Shown here: positions 9,524 through 20,500 of the stretch, in pieces
Layout of the letters: every line of letters starts with the position of its first letter
Numbering within the stretch: position 1 is the stretch's first letter
The notes under the pieces: generated by a model
Databases searched by the model: none
The model's input: the letters and a program-made list of their open reading frames with translations, nothing else
What the model was told of the DNA's origin: nothing
Program-made: the position numbers and the translations under genes
Virus record (IMG/VR): IMGVR_UViG_3300046821_000076
Location: 1-64,000 of that record
Strand: one strand, 5' to 3'
Length of the DNA stretch: 64,000 bases
Source: a virus

Positions 9524-10492
9524 ATGTATTCAAACCAAACTAACTTACCTACAGCTATAGCTGTATGGCTTGCACACGATACGTATGATAGAGCTGAAGC
9601 AGGCCTATCTGCTACAAGCTTACTTAAACCAATAAGACAGGTACTACTCTCTCAGCGTGTTCCTGAAGGTGAAGGTATTACTGACGTTAGTGGTTTAATT
9701 AAGTCACGTATTGGTACTGCAATCCATGATGCTATTGAACGTGCCTGGCTGAGTGATCGCTTAGAAGCTACTCTTAAAAGTCTAGGTGCTTCAGATAAAA
9801 CAGTATCAAGAGTTAAGATTAATCCTGAAACTATTGAAGGTCCTTGTTACCCTATCTATCTTGAGCTTAGAACAAGCAAAGATATTTTAGGTGTAAAGGT
9901 TACAGGTAAGTTTGACTTCATTGATAATGGCAAACTGATTGACTTTAAAACTACAAGTACCTTTGCATACACTTCAGGTAATAAAGATGAAGACTACATT
10001 ATGCAAGGTAGTATTTATCGTTGGCTTAATCCTGAAATCATTACAGATGAGTTCATGGATATTTGCTTCATCTTTACTGATTGGCAGAAGAACAGATATT
10101 TGAGTGCTCCTCAAAGCTACCCTTCAAGTCAGATTATCTCTCGCAGTTTTAAGCTGCATTCTGCAGCCTTTGTGCAGTCATACGTTGAAGAACGTGTTCG
10201 TACTTTAATTAAACTGCAGGACGTTCATGAAGTAGATTTACCCTTATGTACTGATAAAGACCTATGGCGTAAACCAGATACTTTTAAGTATTATAAGAAC
10301 CCCCAAAAACAAAGCAAATCAACTGCTAACTTTGACAACCTTAGTGATGCTAACAGACGCTTCTTAGATGATGGCGCTGTAGGCTTAGTTAAGACAGTTA
10401 AAGGAGGAGTTTCCGCGTGTCTGTACTGTAGCGCATTCACCGTATGTACTCAGAAAGACAGACTTATTGAGTCAGGTGAGTTAAAGATTTAA
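9524..10492 (+). CDS. PD-(D/E)xK (Cas4-like) nuclease, N4 gp42-like
   Basis: SATSLL, GTAIH, GKFD...DFKTT, QGSIYRWL, C-terminal CLYC....C; sits just before the primase as in N4. Confidence 0.8.
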   Translation: MYSNQTNLPTAIAVWLAHDTYDRAEAGLSATSLLKPIRQVLLSQRVPEGEGITDVSGLIKSRIGTAIHDAIERAWLSDRLEATLKSLGASDKTVSRVKINPETIEGPCYPIYLELRTSKDILGVKVTGKFDFIDNGKLIDFKTTSTFAYTSGNKDEDYIMQGSIYRWLNPEIITDEFMDICFIFTDWQKNRYLSAPQSYPSSQIISRSFKLHSAAFVQSYVEERVRTLIKLQDVHEVDLPLCTDKDLWRKPDTFKYYKNPQKQSKSTANFDNLSDANRRFLDDGAVGLVKTVKGGVSACLYCSAFTVCTQKDRLIESGELKI

Positions 10493-10525
10493 ATCCTTTA
10501 CTTACATATACCATGGTAAATACTT

Positions 10526-10742
10526 ATGAAAAGTTTTGATCAAATGCCCTATCATCCAATGACAGAGCAGATCGTAGACATCTTATGCGAGCGTTCTCAG
10601 AACAAACAGAGAATGTTCTTTCGCATTGCATGTCAATATTATTGGGGAGTACTCGCTTCCCAGATGCATACGAAGGTAGTAGGTTGGGGTAGCACTCCAA
10701 TTCCACTGAATATTTACGCATTAAACCTAGCAGTATCAGGGT
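10526..10742 (+). CDS. DNA primase-helicase (N4 gp43-like), exon 1
   Basis: Ends ...NIYALNLAVSG + T; the Walker A motif is cut by the intron. Confidence 0.88.
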
Positions 10743-11693
10743 AAACAACCATGCCCCTATAGGTAGTGATACCTATTAGCAAACCTCCCTAATTCGGTGA
10801 AACTCTGACCATTAAGTTGAAGACAATACCGAGCAAGGCATTAGCCGTGTGTAACGACTATCGAAAAGCAGCTTAGCTGAACTGAGTAGAGTAAGACCCA
10901 AGTGGGTTTGAAATGGGAGGATGCTTATTTACTTACCACAACGTTAGTGCTATATTTAAATCTAGCTATAACATTGAGGAAAGTGCAATGACAGTTTGGA
11001 AAGATATTTTAGGGTATGAAGGTTTATACCAAGTAAGTGATGAAGGTTCTGTAAAGGCACTAGCCAGATCAGTAACCAACAAGAACGGTAGACTACAACA
11101 GTATCCTGAAAGGGTTTTAAAAACGGATAAAAGTGTAATGAGTAATTCTACATACCATAGAGTTACTTTATGTAAGAACCACGTTACTTCTAGATTTTTA
11201 GTACATCGTTTAGTAGCAGAAGCTTTTATACCTAATCCGTTAAATAAACCAATGATTAACCACATAGATAATGATGCAGAGAATAATCAGGTGTCTAACA
11301 TAGAATGGGTAACTCATTCAGAGAATATGATACATGCCCAAAAACAGGGTAGATTATTTCACGCACAGTCTAAGGCAGGTAAGGTAGCAGGTGCTATAAG
11401 CACAGCTAATTTACATAAACTAGCTCAAGACAGCGTAGGCTTATTATTTAATTCCTGGCAAGTTATTGATCCAGACTTATCCTATAGAGCAGGTAAAGCA
11501 TACATACTTTGTAAGTGTGTTTGCGGTAAACAGGCTCAAATAGATTTTGCAAGATTACGTAGATTAGATGCTACGTCATGTAAGTCATGCGCTAAGAAGT
11601 AAATAAGTATAAGAGTTAGTCTGATCCCTGTAGAAATACAGGGCGGGTGCTTTAACGTACCGCATACGCATAACGAACGTATGGGACAATATG
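10743..11693 (+). mobile_element. Group I self-splicing intron (IA2-like), 951 nt, with homing endonuclease in L8
   Basis: P1 GGGU/GCCC with U-G at the splice site; P3 CCTCCC 10784/GGGAGG 10915; P AATTCGGTGAAA; Q AATACCGAGC; P7 GACTA 10856/TAGTC 11617; P7.1 and P7.2 hairpins; P8 10921-10934/11597-11610; P9 CCCTGTA-GAAA-TACAGGG; terminal G 11693. Splicing restores the frame. Confidence 0.92.
10988..11602 (+). CDS. Intron-encoded NUMOD4-HNH homing endonuclease
   Basis: WKDILGYEGLYQVSDEG (NUMOD4); VHRLVAEAFIPNP..INHIDND..NN.VSNIEW (HNH); GAGG RBS before ATG 10988. Confidence 0.92.
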   Translation: MTVWKDILGYEGLYQVSDEGSVKALARSVTNKNGRLQQYPERVLKTDKSVMSNSTYHRVTLCKNHVTSRFLVHRLVAEAFIPNPLNKPMINHIDNDAENNQVSNIEWVTHSENMIHAQKQGRLFHAQSKAGKVAGAISTANLHKLAQDSVGLLFNSWQVIDPDLSYRAGKAYILCKCVCGKQAQIDFARLRRLDATSCKSCAKK

Positions 11694-13618
11694 TCGGTAA
11701 AGGTTTCTCTACAGGGCTTATTGAATCAGAAGTTATTAATAAGTTTCGTGCTAACTTCATGGATAACACTTTCCATCTACAAGCAGAAACCAATATCAAT
11801 GCACTAGCTAAACATAAAGCTCTACATAAAGGCACAGACGTTACAGATGAAACTGAGCGCCTGATTAAAGAGTTTAATGCAGCAGGTTCGCTAATGTTCT
11901 CATTTGATGATGCAACTATGGCAGCAGTTAAACAGATGCGCCATAAGCTTATCATTGCAGGTTCAGGTGCGGTTAACTTGCAGGTAGATGAAGTAGGTAC
12001 AAAGCTTGTAAACCAAGAAGATGTACTAGCAGGTTTCTTAGAACTGTATGACACAGGTAAGATGAAAGATAAGCTCATTAAGAATGGGCAAGAAAATCAA
12101 CGTGTAGAACGTATTGAGGGACAGACTCCAGCAAACATGCTTCTATTTGGTACACCAAGTAAGGTAATGGATGGAGGTAAAACTCAAGCGTATCTCGAAG
12201 CTATGCTAGAGATGGGATATGCAAGACGTTGTCTATTTGGGTACTCAACCCATTTAGGAAAAGATACTACTTCTGATGCACAAACATTAGTGCAGTTACT
12301 TACTAATAGTAAGTCAGATGCAGTACTAAACAACATTGCTACTCATCTTGAACAGTTAGCTGATTATCCTAACCTGTCTAAAGAAATCACAATCCAAGAA
12401 GCTGAAGCAGTTTACTTAATGGAATATAAAATTAACTGTTCAGAACGAGCAGAGCATTTTAAAGACCATGAGTTTAGTCTTAAAGCTGAGATGGACCATC
12501 GCTACTTTAAAGTACTCAAACTAGCAGGTTGCTACGCATTCTTAGACTACAGTCCAGTTATCACTGTTGATCACTTGGATTACGCTATACGTATCGTAGA
12601 AGATTCAGGCGAAGACTTTAAACGTCTAATGACCCCTGAATACAACTATGAAAAGTTAGCAAAGTATTTAGCTGCTTTAAACCAACCAGTTACTCTACCT
12701 GATCTTGAGTATGCTCTACCTTACTTCCGTGGAAGCAGACAACAGAAAGAGTATTTGATTGAGTACGCTACTGCTTGGGGATATAAAAACAATGTTGTCA
12801 TTAAGAAATCTTTTGACAATAACATTATGTTCTTAGCTGCAGACAGCTTAAAGCAAACCAATATAGATGAGATGATTATGTCTATCTCTACTCGTCTGTC
12901 TGAAGGTTACGAAGCTAAACGCGTACCATTTGATCAGCTACACTTACTTGCTACAAACAATGAGTATCATTGGTGTAGTCACCACTTCCAAGGAGATATT
13001 CGTAGAGCTGAAAACGCATTACCTCTATTCAATATGATTGTTCTAGATATTGATGGGACAATGCCACTTGGCGTAGCTCAAGACTTACTTAAACAGTATC
13101 GAGCATTCTTCTATACAACGAAGTCTCATACTGAAGAAGTACATCGCTATCGTATTATCTTACCGATCAACTACGAAGTAGAAATGGATCGTGAAGAATA
13201 CAATGCGTGTATGGATGCAGTACTTCAAACCTTACCGTTTGAATGTGATCCAGCAACTAAAGATATTGCACGTAAGTGGATGTGTAACGAAGGAGAGTAC
13301 TTCTACCAAGAAGGCGAGCTATTCGATATCTTACCGTTCATTCCAAATACTTCTCGAAGTGATGAACGTCAGCAAGCATTTCAAAACCAATCAGACTTAG
13401 ACAATCTTGAGCGTTGGGTTCTAAACCATACAGGCGCAGGAAATCGTAACGATCAGATTTATAAGTATGCAATGGTACTTGCAGATGCAGGTAAATCATT
13501 AGAGCAGATTGGAGAGTTAGCACGTAACTTAAACAATAAGCTAAGTGATCGTCTTTCTGATGAAGAGATAATGAACACAGTACTCAAATCTGTAAGTAAT
13601 AAGATGAATCGAAAATAG
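11694..13618 (+). CDS. DNA primase-helicase (N4 gp43-like), exon 2
   Basis: Joined reading LAVSGFGKGFS; VDEVG Walker B; C-terminal primase-like LDID, YTTKSH, RYRIILP, GNRN. Spliced CDS is 2142 nt (713 aa). Confidence 0.9.
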
Positions 13619-13619
13619 T

Positions 13620-13641
13620 CCAAACGTTGTTTGGTTTTATG
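13620..13641 (+). promoter_or_regulatory. Triloop hairpin (promoter or terminator)
   Basis: CCAAAC-GTT-GTTTGG-TTTTATG. Confidence 0.45.
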
Positions 13642-13679
13642 AGTAATCGGGGAGCAATCCCCACTTAGAGGTAAACAAG

Positions 13680-14411
13680 ATGTTAGACCAACAAAATGAC
13701 TTTATGGTTTTAATTGGAGGAGAATCAGGTGCAGGTAAGACAACCTCATTGATGAATATCCGAGACCCTGAAGGTGTCTTATATCTTAATTGCGATGCAG
13801 GGAAACGCATCACTTTTAGACATAAGTTTAATACTGTAACAGTTACTCATCCTATGCAAGTACTTGAAGGTATCAAAGCAGCTAATGGTTCTGAAAAGAT
13901 TCATACAGTCATCATTGATACTTTATCGTTCTTGATGGAGATGTACGAAACTCAGATTGTATTACGTGCAGATGATACTCGATCAGCTTGGGGAGATTAC
14001 GCACAGTACCTCAAGACATTGATGCAAGAGTACATTGCAGCAAGCACTAAGAACATTATTATCTTATCTCACATTGCAGACTACATTGATGAGTCTGCAG
14101 GGACTAAGAAAGTTCAAGTACCTCTTAAAGGGGCTTCAGCTAAAGTAGGTGTAGAAGCTTACTTATCTGTAGTAGTGAACGCTAAGAAAGTACCTATTGT
14201 TGAACTTGAGAAATACCCTTCAGAGTATTTACATATTACGGAAGAAGAACGTATTCAAGGATTCAAACACGTATTCCAAACCAAGGTTACAGCTAAGACA
14301 ACTTCTGAGCGTATCCGTGGTCCAATTGGAATGTTTAAAGCAAATGAAGTATATATGGATAATGACGTACAGTTGTTATTGGATATTCTTCATGAGTACT
14401 ACGAAGCGTAA
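13680..14411 (+). CDS. AAA-domain ATPase (N4 gp44/Sak4-like)
   Basis: GESGAGKT Walker A; VIIDTLS Walker B; position between primase and SSB. Confidence 0.85.
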   Translation: MLDQQNDFMVLIGGESGAGKTTSLMNIRDPEGVLYLNCDAGKRITFRHKFNTVTVTHPMQVLEGIKAANGSEKIHTVIIDTLSFLMEMYETQIVLRADDTRSAWGDYAQYLKTLMQEYIAASTKNIIILSHIADYIDESAGTKKVQVPLKGASAKVGVEAYLSVVVNAKKVPIVELEKYPSEYLHITEEERIQGFKHVFQTKVTAKTTSERIRGPIGMFKANEVYMDNDVQLLLDILHEYYEA

Positions 14412-14922
14412 GCGCAAAGACTTTACCTGGGCAGATTTAGATGAACTGCTCAGGTATGATCCTCACACCGGTAAGCTTATTTGGCGAACCAACAAACACT
14501 CTAAATCGGTAGTACCTAACTCCATAGCTGGATGTATTAACAAAGCTACAGGATATAGAACAATTACTATTTTTGGGGTATCTTATGCGGCTCACCATGT
14601 AGCATGGTTTCTTCATTACAAGAAGTGGTCTGAACACCAATTAGACCATATAAACCATATACGTAGTGATAACCGTATCGCTAATCTACGTGAAGTGTCT
14701 ATAGCTGAGAATGCTAGAAACAGGAAGCGTAGAGATAAAACCACAACAGGCGAGCATGGGATATGGTATGACAAGCAACGTAATAAATACGTAGCTGAGA
14801 TTTCTATGGACCGTAAGCGCGTTTACTTGAAACGCTTTGATGATATCGAACAGGCAGTAGCTGAAAGAGAGTCAAAGTTAATTGAATTAGGATTCCATGA
14901 AAACCATGGGTCTAAACATTAA
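14392..14922 (+). CDS. Free-standing HNH endonuclease with AP2-like C-terminus
   Basis: LRYDPHTGKLIW, AHHVAW, LDHINHIRSDNRIANLREVS, GIWYDKQRNKYVAEI; overlaps the end of the ATPase gene. Confidence 0.88.
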   Translation: MSTTKRKRKDFTWADLDELLRYDPHTGKLIWRTNKHSKSVVPNSIAGCINKATGYRTITIFGVSYAAHHVAWFLHYKKWSEHQLDHINHIRSDNRIANLREVSIAENARNRKRRDKTTTGEHGIWYDKQRNKYVAEISMDRKRVYLKRFDDIEQAVAERESKLIELGFHENHGSKH

Positions 14923-14934
14923 GGAATACATTTC

Positions 14935-15636
14935 ATGTCATTATTTGGTCAAGGCTACAACGATAAAGCAATCCCAGTAACTGATAAACAAAAACGTACA
15001 GTAGATTCAGGTGTATACCAAGGCACTGTTAAAAATGCGTTTATTGGTAAGTCATCAGGAGGTGCTACTTCAGTATCGTTAGAAGTTAAACTGGATTCAG
15101 GCAAAACTATCTTTGAAACCATTTACGTTACTAACAAGCAAGGTAGTAACACTTACGAAAAAGAGGGTGTTATTGGTTACTTACCAGGTTTCTTAACTGT
15201 AAACCAAATTGCTCTATTCGCTACAGGTAAAGACTTGTACGAATTAGAACCTGAACTAGAAGAACGTATTGTTAAACAGTATGATTCTAAAGCAGGTAAG
15301 CAAGTAGACAAGCCTGCTATGGTTATCGTACCTCTATTAGAACAGCCTATCCTGGTAGCTATTAAAGAAGTACGTGAAAACAAAACCAAAGCAGGTGATG
15401 GTGCTAAGCGTATTACGCTTGCAGAAGATCGTGTATATAACATGATTGATAAAGTATTCCATCCTTCTACTCTCCATACACAAGCAGAGCTTGAACAAGG
15501 TAAAGAAGCTGCTTACCTTGAATCATGGAAAAAAGATAACGATGGTAAGTTAGATGACCGCTACAAATCACTAGAGTCTACTAACTCAACAACAGTATCT
15601 GCTCCATCATCATCTGGTTTATTCAAAGGTCTTTAA
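14935..15636 (+). CDS. ssb: Single-stranded DNA-binding protein (N4 gp45-like)
   Basis: DSGVY, SSGGA, IYVTNK, YLPGF; low-complexity tail ending GLFKGL; synteny. Confidence 0.8.
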   Translation: MSLFGQGYNDKAIPVTDKQKRTVDSGVYQGTVKNAFIGKSSGGATSVSLEVKLDSGKTIFETIYVTNKQGSNTYEKEGVIGYLPGFLTVNQIALFATGKDLYELEPELEERIVKQYDSKAGKQVDKPAMVIVPLLEQPILVAIKEVRENKTKAGDGAKRITLAEDRVYNMIDKVFHPSTLHTQAELEQGKEAAYLESWKKDNDGKLDDRYKSLESTNSTTVSAPSSSGLFKGL

Positions 15637-15698
15637 TAGATCAGTCTAGTTTTACCTAGGGACTCATTAGAGTCCCTTCTACTTTAAGAGATAAAACC

Positions 15699-15968
15699 AT
15701 GCAACAAGAACAGCCAATCACAGACGTACAAGAACTAGGCAATGCAGTAATCTCTTGGCACATCCAAACATTACGTATAGTTGAACACGTATTGAATATG
15801 CCTGAAGATGCAGGTATTGATATCCCTACAGGTAACATCTTAGAAGATGGTACTCCAGAAGTTATTGATGGAAATGCTGATCATCGTGCAGGATTCTTAG
15901 CGGGTGTTAAATACGCTTTAGAGTTATTAGATACTTTCCCTATCAAAGGTGTAACTGCAGATGAGTAA
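15699..15968 (+). CDS. Conserved N4-like hypothetical protein
   Basis: WH...GFLAG..ALELL..FP pattern; follows SSB. Confidence 0.7.
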   Translation: MQQEQPITDVQELGNAVISWHIQTLRIVEHVLNMPEDAGIDIPTGNILEDGTPEVIDGNADHRAGFLAGVKYALELLDTFPIKGVTADE

Positions 15969-16194
15969 GCAGAATAGACTAACAGCTGTAACTACAATCA
16001 ATCATTTGATGCAGTTACGGCAGGATATTAAAGACAGTTTTAATGTTGGTTTATATAACGAGTTCCCTATTGCAGTTGTAGAAGAACTGTCTACTCTTGC
16101 ACGACAATTACAAGTATCTGCTGATAAGATTCGTACTATTACAAATAGCCGCGGTATTACAGCAAATGAAGACTTTAAAGATAGTCTCGCTTGA
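15961..16194 (+). CDS. Hypothetical protein
   Basis: Overlapping operon context; AGGTG RBS. Confidence 0.6.
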   Translation: MSKQNRLTAVTTINHLMQLRQDIKDSFNVGLYNEFPIAVVEELSTLARQLQVSADKIRTITNSRGITANEDFKDSLA

Positions 16195-16702
16195 TCCTAG
16201 CTTTAGACATCTAGGTATAGCTATTGGTACTATGGATTGTGATACAGGGATACTCACAGTAAACCATATCGATACAGTCCATACCGTACCTAACCCAAAC
16301 AAGAAAGTCCCAAACTCTACATGGGATATTTCGCAAGCAAAACTTTTATACACAGCTATTCAGGAATATACACTTGACGCTGATGTGGTGTGTATAGAAG
16401 TTCCTTATGGAAGCCAAGATGTTAAGGCAGCAGTAGGTAGGGGAATCTGTCTAGGTCTAATATCTACCATCCAATGTCCTAACATTTTCTTGGTCACTCC
16501 TCAGTCAGTAAAGAAAGTACTAGGCAATCCTAAAGCTACTAAGAAAGACTCAGTAGCTTGGGCTAGTACCACCCACCCAGAAGCTTCTTGGCATAAGCAA
16601 AGAGGTCGCGTAACTACAGAAGCTAATGAACATTCTGCAGACGCCTTGGCAGCTATATATGCAGCAGCTTCACAACATAACTTTAAATCTCTAAAGGAAT
16701 AA
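16166..16702 (+). CDS. RuvC-like Holliday junction resolvase
   Basis: IVSLDPSFRHLG, IEVPYGSQ, ATKK, EHSADALAA; start ATG 16166. Confidence 0.85.
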   Translation: MKTLKIVSLDPSFRHLGIAIGTMDCDTGILTVNHIDTVHTVPNPNKKVPNSTWDISQAKLLYTAIQEYTLDADVVCIEVPYGSQDVKAAVGRGICLGLISTIQCPNIFLVTPQSVKKVLGNPKATKKDSVAWASTTHPEASWHKQRGRVTTEANEHSADALAAIYAAASQHNFKSLKE

Positions 16703-16706
16703 TCCT

Positions 16707-17117
16707 ATGCAAATTAAAACTCAATTAGATATCGAACTAAACGAATCAGACATCAAAGCAGCTATTGCTCTATATCTAGCACAGAACAGCGTATTAGTTA
16801 GCGATGAAGAATTAAGTGCAATTAAGTTTGTTAACTCACGTAATGATGGTATCAAAGCAAACCTAACAGTAAGTAATGAGAAGTCTACAGCCCCTGAAGA
16901 ACACCTTGTAGAAGCACCAGTATTACACTCTGTAGGGACTTTTCAAGAAGAAGCTACAAACACTGCTGCTGAAACTGAAGAAGCCTCAGAAGAGGTGCTA
17001 GAGCCTCATACAGTAGAAGATGTTATGCCTTCTATTGATGAGATTGCAGAACAGCAGCAAGCAGCTACACCGGGTAAACCAGTCTTCCCTAATAAATCAT
17101 TATTTGGTACTAAGTAA
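16707..17117 (+). CDS. Hypothetical protein with acidic C-terminus
   Basis: AAGGAA RBS; LNESDIKAAI..Y; ends KSLFG. Confidence 0.7.
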   Translation: MQIKTQLDIELNESDIKAAIALYLAQNSVLVSDEELSAIKFVNSRNDGIKANLTVSNEKSTAPEEHLVEAPVLHSVGTFQEEATNTAAETEEASEEVLEPHTVEDVMPSIDEIAEQQQAATPGKPVFPNKSLFGTK

Positions 17118-17296
17118 TGGAGTTTCTAGTAGGAGTACTTAAGCTGTGTTTTATAGCCTTATTACTTATACTGGGATACTTAGTTATTAAAACAGCAGTG
17201 GTAATCTTAGCTGTTATCTTAGCTGTTGCAGTAGCTATATTAATTGCTTACCTAATATATGTTGAGGTGAAGAAACCAAATGAACCTTCGGAATGA
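17117..17296 (+). CDS. 59-aa very hydrophobic membrane protein (not in the ORF track)
   Basis: MEFLVGVLKLCFIALLLILGYLVIKTAVVILAVILAVAVAILIAYLIYVEVKKPNEPSE; TAATG-coupled to the upstream gene. Confidence 0.65.
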   Translation: MEFLVGVLKLCFIALLLILGYLVIKTAVVILAVILAVAVAILIAYLIYVEVKKPNEPSE

Positions 17297-17480
17297 ACTT
17301 GCACTGATGTACCGTGGAGGCTCTAAAGAGTTCTTCCACAACAACATCTTAATTAAAGTAGTCTTTGAGTCCACAGGAATATTTGATATTCATGTATGTG
17401 ATCCTGAAACCAAAGACGTCATTACACACTTCTCGTCTACATCTCTAAAAGAGTGTGTAGACTTTCTAGAACGCTTTTAA
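17280..17480 (+). CDS. Hypothetical protein
   Basis: GAGGTG RBS; last gene before the convergent terminator. Confidence 0.65.
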   Translation: MNLRNELALMYRGGSKEFFHNNILIKVVFESTGIFDIHVCDPETKDVITHFSSTSLKECVDFLERF

Positions 17481-17510
17481 AAAGAAACCCTCCACTTAGG
17501 AGGGTTTTTT
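17481..17510. terminator. Bidirectional terminator between convergent middle and late blocks
   Basis: AAACCCTCC-ACTTA-GGAGGGTTT with A and T tails. Confidence 0.85.
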
Positions 17511-17521
17511 AACATCAGTTC

Positions 17522-20500
17522 TTACAGCATGGACGTTGCCATATTCATTGTGATTGGCTCATCAATCACTGAAGGGAATGCAAGTGCACCTTCACGGAAT
17601 GGGATACCCATCTGATTCCAGATAATAGGATCAATACCATAAGGAATATCTGTACCGTTATGCATTACTAATGCTTGTAGTAAAGCTCTTGCAGGCTTAC
17701 GTTCTAAGAGTCTAAACAGTGCTTTCTGAATACGTAAGTTGTATTTAGAGAACATGATAATACCCATGTCGTTTAAGTACTGCATACCTTTACTTGTAGG
17801 CATGTCATAGTTAATGAAGGTATCACTGGCTATTTGAATAGCTGCGTCATGGTCTAAACGTTCTTTCTTCGGTGCGTTGTTACGGTAGTAGTTATACATT
17901 ACGTACTTCGCAGTGAAGTCAGACAACTGAGTAGTGTTGTTCAAGAACTGATACAGAGGGGTTGTTGGAGAAACCAATAACCAATCTGCTGTTGAGCGTA
18001 CTCCCGCAGGAATCTTACTCAGTTGTTTTTCAAACTTACGTTCTAAAGCAGATTTGAAGCTAAACGCATCATCTTGGTTTAGAGCTACATCGTCTACAAT
18101 ACTAGGCATCATACCTTCATTGATAAACTCTGCTAGAGGATTGTTAGCAATAGCTTGCTCTAAACGTAACACCTCTTGCTCTAACTCCTTTTTATTACCC
18201 AAGCCTGTATACAACATCTGACGCTTAGCTGTAAGTAAAGCATTGTCTTTACGATGCTGCATAGCTGCACGTAATGCGTAAACAGTATCCTTTACGATAG
18301 CTGTCATACTAATACCATGAGCTTGCAGTAAGAAGGCATTAGAGATGATATTCATAGATAGTGTACGTAGGTTACGAATAACGATGAAGTTCTTTGTAAG
18401 AGCTACTGCTGACTGCATAGCACGTTCAGTACGAGCACCATATACACGAGCGTTATTTCCAAACACTGCTTTAAACAATGCTACGTATACTTTCTCGTAA
18501 AGATTACGTTCACTTCTTGGTTTATCAAAACCTTGAGTAGCTGAATACTTTTGGTATCCAAATACAGGAAGTAATACTTCTTTAGGTACATACAGTACAC
18601 TCTTACCAGTAACCTCTCGAACATAGTCTCTAGTATCTTGAGGCAATAAGTCCCAGAGCTTAGCTAACTCTTTATCACGTACGTTAAACCCTACAGCGAT
18701 AAAGCTATCAGGATGACTATCATAGTTTTCTTGCTTCTCTTTAACTAGAGCATCAACAACCATACGGTTATTAAATGGAACATTCATCTTGTTAAAGTTA
18801 GTAGCAGCGTACTGACCTAGGATATTAGCAAAGTCATTATCTCTACCTAACAAGTTATCACGCTCATAGCTAGACATCTCATAACGATATCCAATGACAT
18901 TACCATCCAGATCATACTTAGGAATCAACGCACTAGTACCATTACCTTTGTAAGGGTCATAGCCTGTATTAGCATGTAAGCTACGTTGCTTAGCTTGAGA
19001 TGCTTTAAGAACAACTGATACATCTACGTCAGCATCTGTACCACGAGGATTCTTACCAAACATTTCTAACGTACCTGAGATCATACGAGTTAAACCAGCA
19101 TCTTCAGATAAGAACATACGTACCTTGTCACCACGTGCTAATGGGTTAGGCTCAAGTACTTTAACCTCACGGAAGAATTGATCTTTAAAGTTCTTAGCTT
19201 CCTCATCAGTCTTAGCAAAGCGAATCTCATGGTTAGGGTTAGTAATCTCAGGGATATAACCTTTAGTCATGGATAACGGGTTATCTTTAAATAACTCATC
19301 TCGTGCTTCATCTGCTAAACCTTTATGGAATTTAAGGATAGCTTCAATACCATTCACATCTCCACGAGAAAGCTCTGTATCCATTACTGAACTGATCTCT
19401 GCTTTGATATCTGTAGGTGTATAGCGAATAGCGTATAACGAAACCAATGAATCAATAGCAGCTACCAAGTCAGGGTCTACATCTTTAAGTGCCATCTTAT
19501 TAGCAGTACATGCACCCATAGCAATCAACGTAGCATTTAAAGCCAAGTCATTATTCTCAGGTCCTAGGTTAGTTACCATATATCGAGCAAGGTCTTTACT
19601 GCGAGAGATTAGATGTGTACCTCGAGTATCCAATGACATCACTACACTAGCTTGCTGACTGATCACACTATTTAAGTACTCAGGGTTTTGGTACATACGA
19701 TGAATCTGCTTAGGAGTGAAAGCTCCAAGAAGTGCTGAAACGTCTGCAACCATTAAATAAGTTAGTGATTCACGAGTCTTACGTTTAAGCTTCTTACCTC
19801 CATTTTTAAACGTAGAGAGTACATTTTTAATTGTGTACTCTTTCTCTAACTCTTTAGCCTGAGAAGTCTTCTTAACATGTCGCATCATCTTTTCAATAAT
19901 GTTTTTGAAAGGAGTGTTTTCAGCCATCTCATTAACAAGCTCTCCCCAGAATTCTAACTTACCTTCTGAATTGTTAAGAAGAGTCTCACGAGTATTATTT
20001 AAGTTATCCATCAGAGTACCTTCAATAGCTGATGTAGCTACGTTACGCACTAAGGTTACTTCAGGTACTGTAGTACTATTCATTGCTGGAATCTTACTAG
20101 CAACTTTACGTCTAGCCTTTATTACTGCATCGTCAATCTTATTCTCTACTTTAGAGATACGATCATTAATCTTGTTAACAATACCTCCACGATATTTTAA
20201 ATCCACTTTAGCTACAGACTTTAAAGCAGACTTCACATACTCAGACACTGGAGCACCAGACTTAACGCCTGAGATAAGCTGAGCAAGGAACTCAATAGCT
20301 TTCATTACATAAGCTTGTACCTTCTCATTAATGTCAGCATCCTTACTAACTTTATTACCTGACTCTGTTTTCACATTCGCAAGTAAAGCATTAATTTCTG
20401 CACTGCCTGAAACCATACTAGAGAATCTAGCTAAGTGATCATTCTCTTGAGTAATCTTAAACAAGTGATCCCACTTAGATTGAGCTATAGCTTTCTCTGC

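Noticed and set aside
9524-10492. Cas4-like nuclease as a CRISPR-related gene
   Set aside because: It occupies the conserved N4 gp42 replication position and no array is present.
10913-10987. Longer N-terminus for the intron HNH
   Set aside because: Overlaps P3/P8 pairing; the RBS and NUMOD4 start fit ATG 10988.
11681-13618. Stand-alone 645-aa primase starting at ATG 11681
   Set aside because: The ATG lies inside the intron 3' end, lacks an RBS and would omit half of Walker A.
10526-13618. Intein or pseudogene explanation for the split primase
   Set aside because: An in-frame stop excludes an intein; the full intron core and restored frame argue against a pseudogene.
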